DNA of 64,000 nucleotides from Octopus vulgaris (Eukaryota): assembly GCA_951406725.2 (NCBI GenBank), contig OX597817.1, forward strand, positions 21,328,001 through 21,392,000. The letters run 5' to 3'. The notes below the pieces were generated by a model. It searched no databases and was not told the origin of the DNA. It worked only from the letters and a program-made list of their open reading frames with translations. Position numbers and translations under genes: made by a program. Position 1 is the first letter of the stretch; every line of letters begins with the position of its first letter. Positions 61,885 through 64,000 of the stretch are shown here, in pieces.

Positions 61885-63276
61885 TGTTACGTGTAACGAT
61901 ATCATCGGTTGGGGAAAGGTTGTGAAGACAGCGGGAACAGTTTCTGTTGAGCGAGAGTACGATGCTCCCTGGTGAGAATGGAGTCGGCCACTACATATAA
62001 ACAGTAGCCATCTGAATAAGTGAGGTAGTCCGTGCTAGTTCCACAAATCCTGTGTTAATAGTTTACAGTTCGAATGATAGTGTTTGACTGTTGGTGCCTA
62101 AAAGATTTTTGTTACGTTCTGTTTGGTACTGCCGTTTGTTTCGGTTATATTGTTATTACACTGTTGCAGTGTATAAGGATATAACCTCTGGCGACGAGGA
62201 CAGTTCGAAATTCACATTGGTTATTTGACTATTTCTGCCTCATGGGAAACCTATTAGTTGCGGTAGAACGGCTTCACTGGAGGCAACATGGACAACTACA
62301 GGAGTTGCAAAAAGCATTTACTGCTACAAAAACAATTGCATTACAGTCGGTGAAGACCGAAAATCGAATAAGCACGTTTACGCCAGATGGAGTGGGTAAC
62401 GAAATTTCTATATTTACGTATAACCCGGAGGAGGGTATTAACATTTCCGTATATCATAAAAGATACCAGGAAACTTTTAACAACGAGTGTAAGGCATGGT
62501 CAGAGGAACAGAAAGTAATGCTCTTACTAAACAAGGTAGCTCCTGCCCAACGTGAGTATTACTGTAACTATATTCTGCCCCCAAAGTCGATTGAGATTGG
62601 TTTCTAAGGAAACGCGGATCTGCTTTTAAAAAAACGTTTTGTGAACTGCTTTAAAAAAAAATGTTTTGTGAACTGCTTTTTAAAAAAAATGTTTTGTGAT
62701 AGAAGTTCATTATTCAATACCAGAATGGAGTGTTGGAACTTAACAATAAATGAAGACGATAATTTTATCACCTAGGCCAGCGTAGTCAACCGTATAGGCG
62801 AACATTACAAACACAAGGATCTCACTCAGGATAAGTTCAAATCACTTATCTTTTCACAAGGACTTATAACACCTAATAATAAAGAAATTCGGGCAAGGAT
62901 TCTCTCTAAAATAAAGCAAACGAATCAGGATGTATCACTATTAACCATCGCAGAAGAATGTCAGACTATGGTAAATCTTAAATATGATGTGAAAAAAAAA
63001 ACACGATTTCAAATGTGTAATCCAAAAACATTGCCACTGTATTGTTTTGTCTGTCTTCGTATCGTCCCATCTTTATAAGAGACCTTATGCTTAATAAAAT
63101 AAATCAGTTCAAGCTAATTCGACAGTTCGTATGTTGATAGCTGGAGTTCAAAGTTTACATTTCGAGTTAGCTCGTTGGATCTTTGTTGCTACGTTCCGTG
63201 TGCTTACTGCCGTTTGTTTTGATCATATTGTTATTACACTGTTGCAGTGCATTCGTTTATCCATAAGAATATAACA
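61885..63276 (+). mobile_element. Gypsy/Ty3 LTR retrotransposon remnant: 5' LTR, PBS, decayed gag, second LTR; no pol
   Basis: LTR-like 61885-62185 (TGT..TATAAC). PBS TGGCGACGAG at ~62189. The LTR 3' end TACTGCCGTTTGTTT..ATATTGTTATTACACTGTTGCAGTG..ATAAG.ATATAAC is repeated at ~63205-63276. Confidence 0.85.
62242..62995 (+). pseudogene. gag: gag-like ORF of a Gypsy element (K02A2.6/Mag-type), disrupted
   Basis: FTYNPEEG..YHKRYQETF..KVMLLLNK..YCNYILP, then after a ~27-bp triplication SLFNTRMECWNL..DDNFIT*ASVVNR..LTQDKFKSLIFSQGL..EIRARILSKI..IAEECQ. Confidence 0.8.
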
Positions 63277-63663
63277 GTTTTATTTGAAATCAAATAAGAA
63301 ATATTACCTATTAATACAAGAGATAGATTGGCGAATTCTTCAGAATTTTACTGTCAGAAAATATAAAGTATTTCTTATAAGTGAAAAAACTAACAGTGGT
63401 TAGTGGTAAACATATCAAATTCTTTTTTATACAAAGAACGGTACCTGCATCTGTTCTCTCGACATAACAACCTGCTGTCATTAAGAGAAGGACATTTGAT
63501 AAGGTAGTGTGTGGTATACAAGGCTTCCTGTCGACATCTCAGTTATGTTCAGAAGGCATTAAATTATAGAGCTTCACAAGGGTTGAATTGAGACAAAGCA
63601 ACGATATGAAAATACTACTTGCTATGGTATGCACAAAGACGGACATTTTTGGAGAAGGGTATT

Positions 63664-63869
63664 TATCTTCTTTTATCTTTTACTTGTTTCAGTCATTTGA
63701 CTGCGGCCATGCTGGAGCACCACCTTTAGTCGAGCAAATCCACCCCGGGACTTATTCTTTGTAAGCCCAGTACTTATTCTATCGGTCTCTTTTGCCGAAC
63801 TGCTAAGTGACGGGGACGTAAACACACCAGCATCGGTTGTCAAGCAATGCTAGGGGGACAAACACACAA

Positions 63870-63922
<53 letters not shown>

Positions 63923-64000
63923 CGACAGGCTTCTTTCAGTTTCCGTCTACCAAATCCACTCACAAGGCATTGGTCGGCCCGGGGCTATAGCAGAAGACAC
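63664..64000 (-). mobile_element. SINE family A, head runs off the window end
   Basis: Reverse complement of the family A body and tail. Confidence 0.92.

Overview
AT-rich, microsatellite-dense eukaryotic DNA. The repeat families look like those of a coleoid cephalopod, most likely Octopus; this is inferred from recalled repeat content, not from a search. No host protein-coding gene is recognisable, only a few low-confidence candidate exons. The window is mostly mobile DNA: (1) a young, 5'-truncated CR1-group LINE with an uninterrupted ORF2 (23873-26575); (2) at least six R4/Dong-like RLE retrotransposon pieces stacked in (TAA)n arrays (6.9-11.9 kb); (3) a decayed RTE LINE ending in three C2H2 zinc fingers; (4) a decayed HERO-like RLE LINE; (5) a Gypsy LTR remnant; (6) two Tc1/mariner relics; (7) three tRNA-derived SINE families. 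The most interesting signal is a set of short elements beside (TA)n tracts that carry minimal type I hammerhead ribozyme motifs of the Penelope pLTR/retrozyme kind. One has a complete canonical core (37606-37719, minus strand) inside a fold-back element. A two-copy family has the compensatory U3-A8 core variant (27134, 32927). The CR1-group LINE and SINE family A also share a 3' tail whose hairpin shows compensatory changes. Most short ORFs in the supplied track are microsatellite artefacts.
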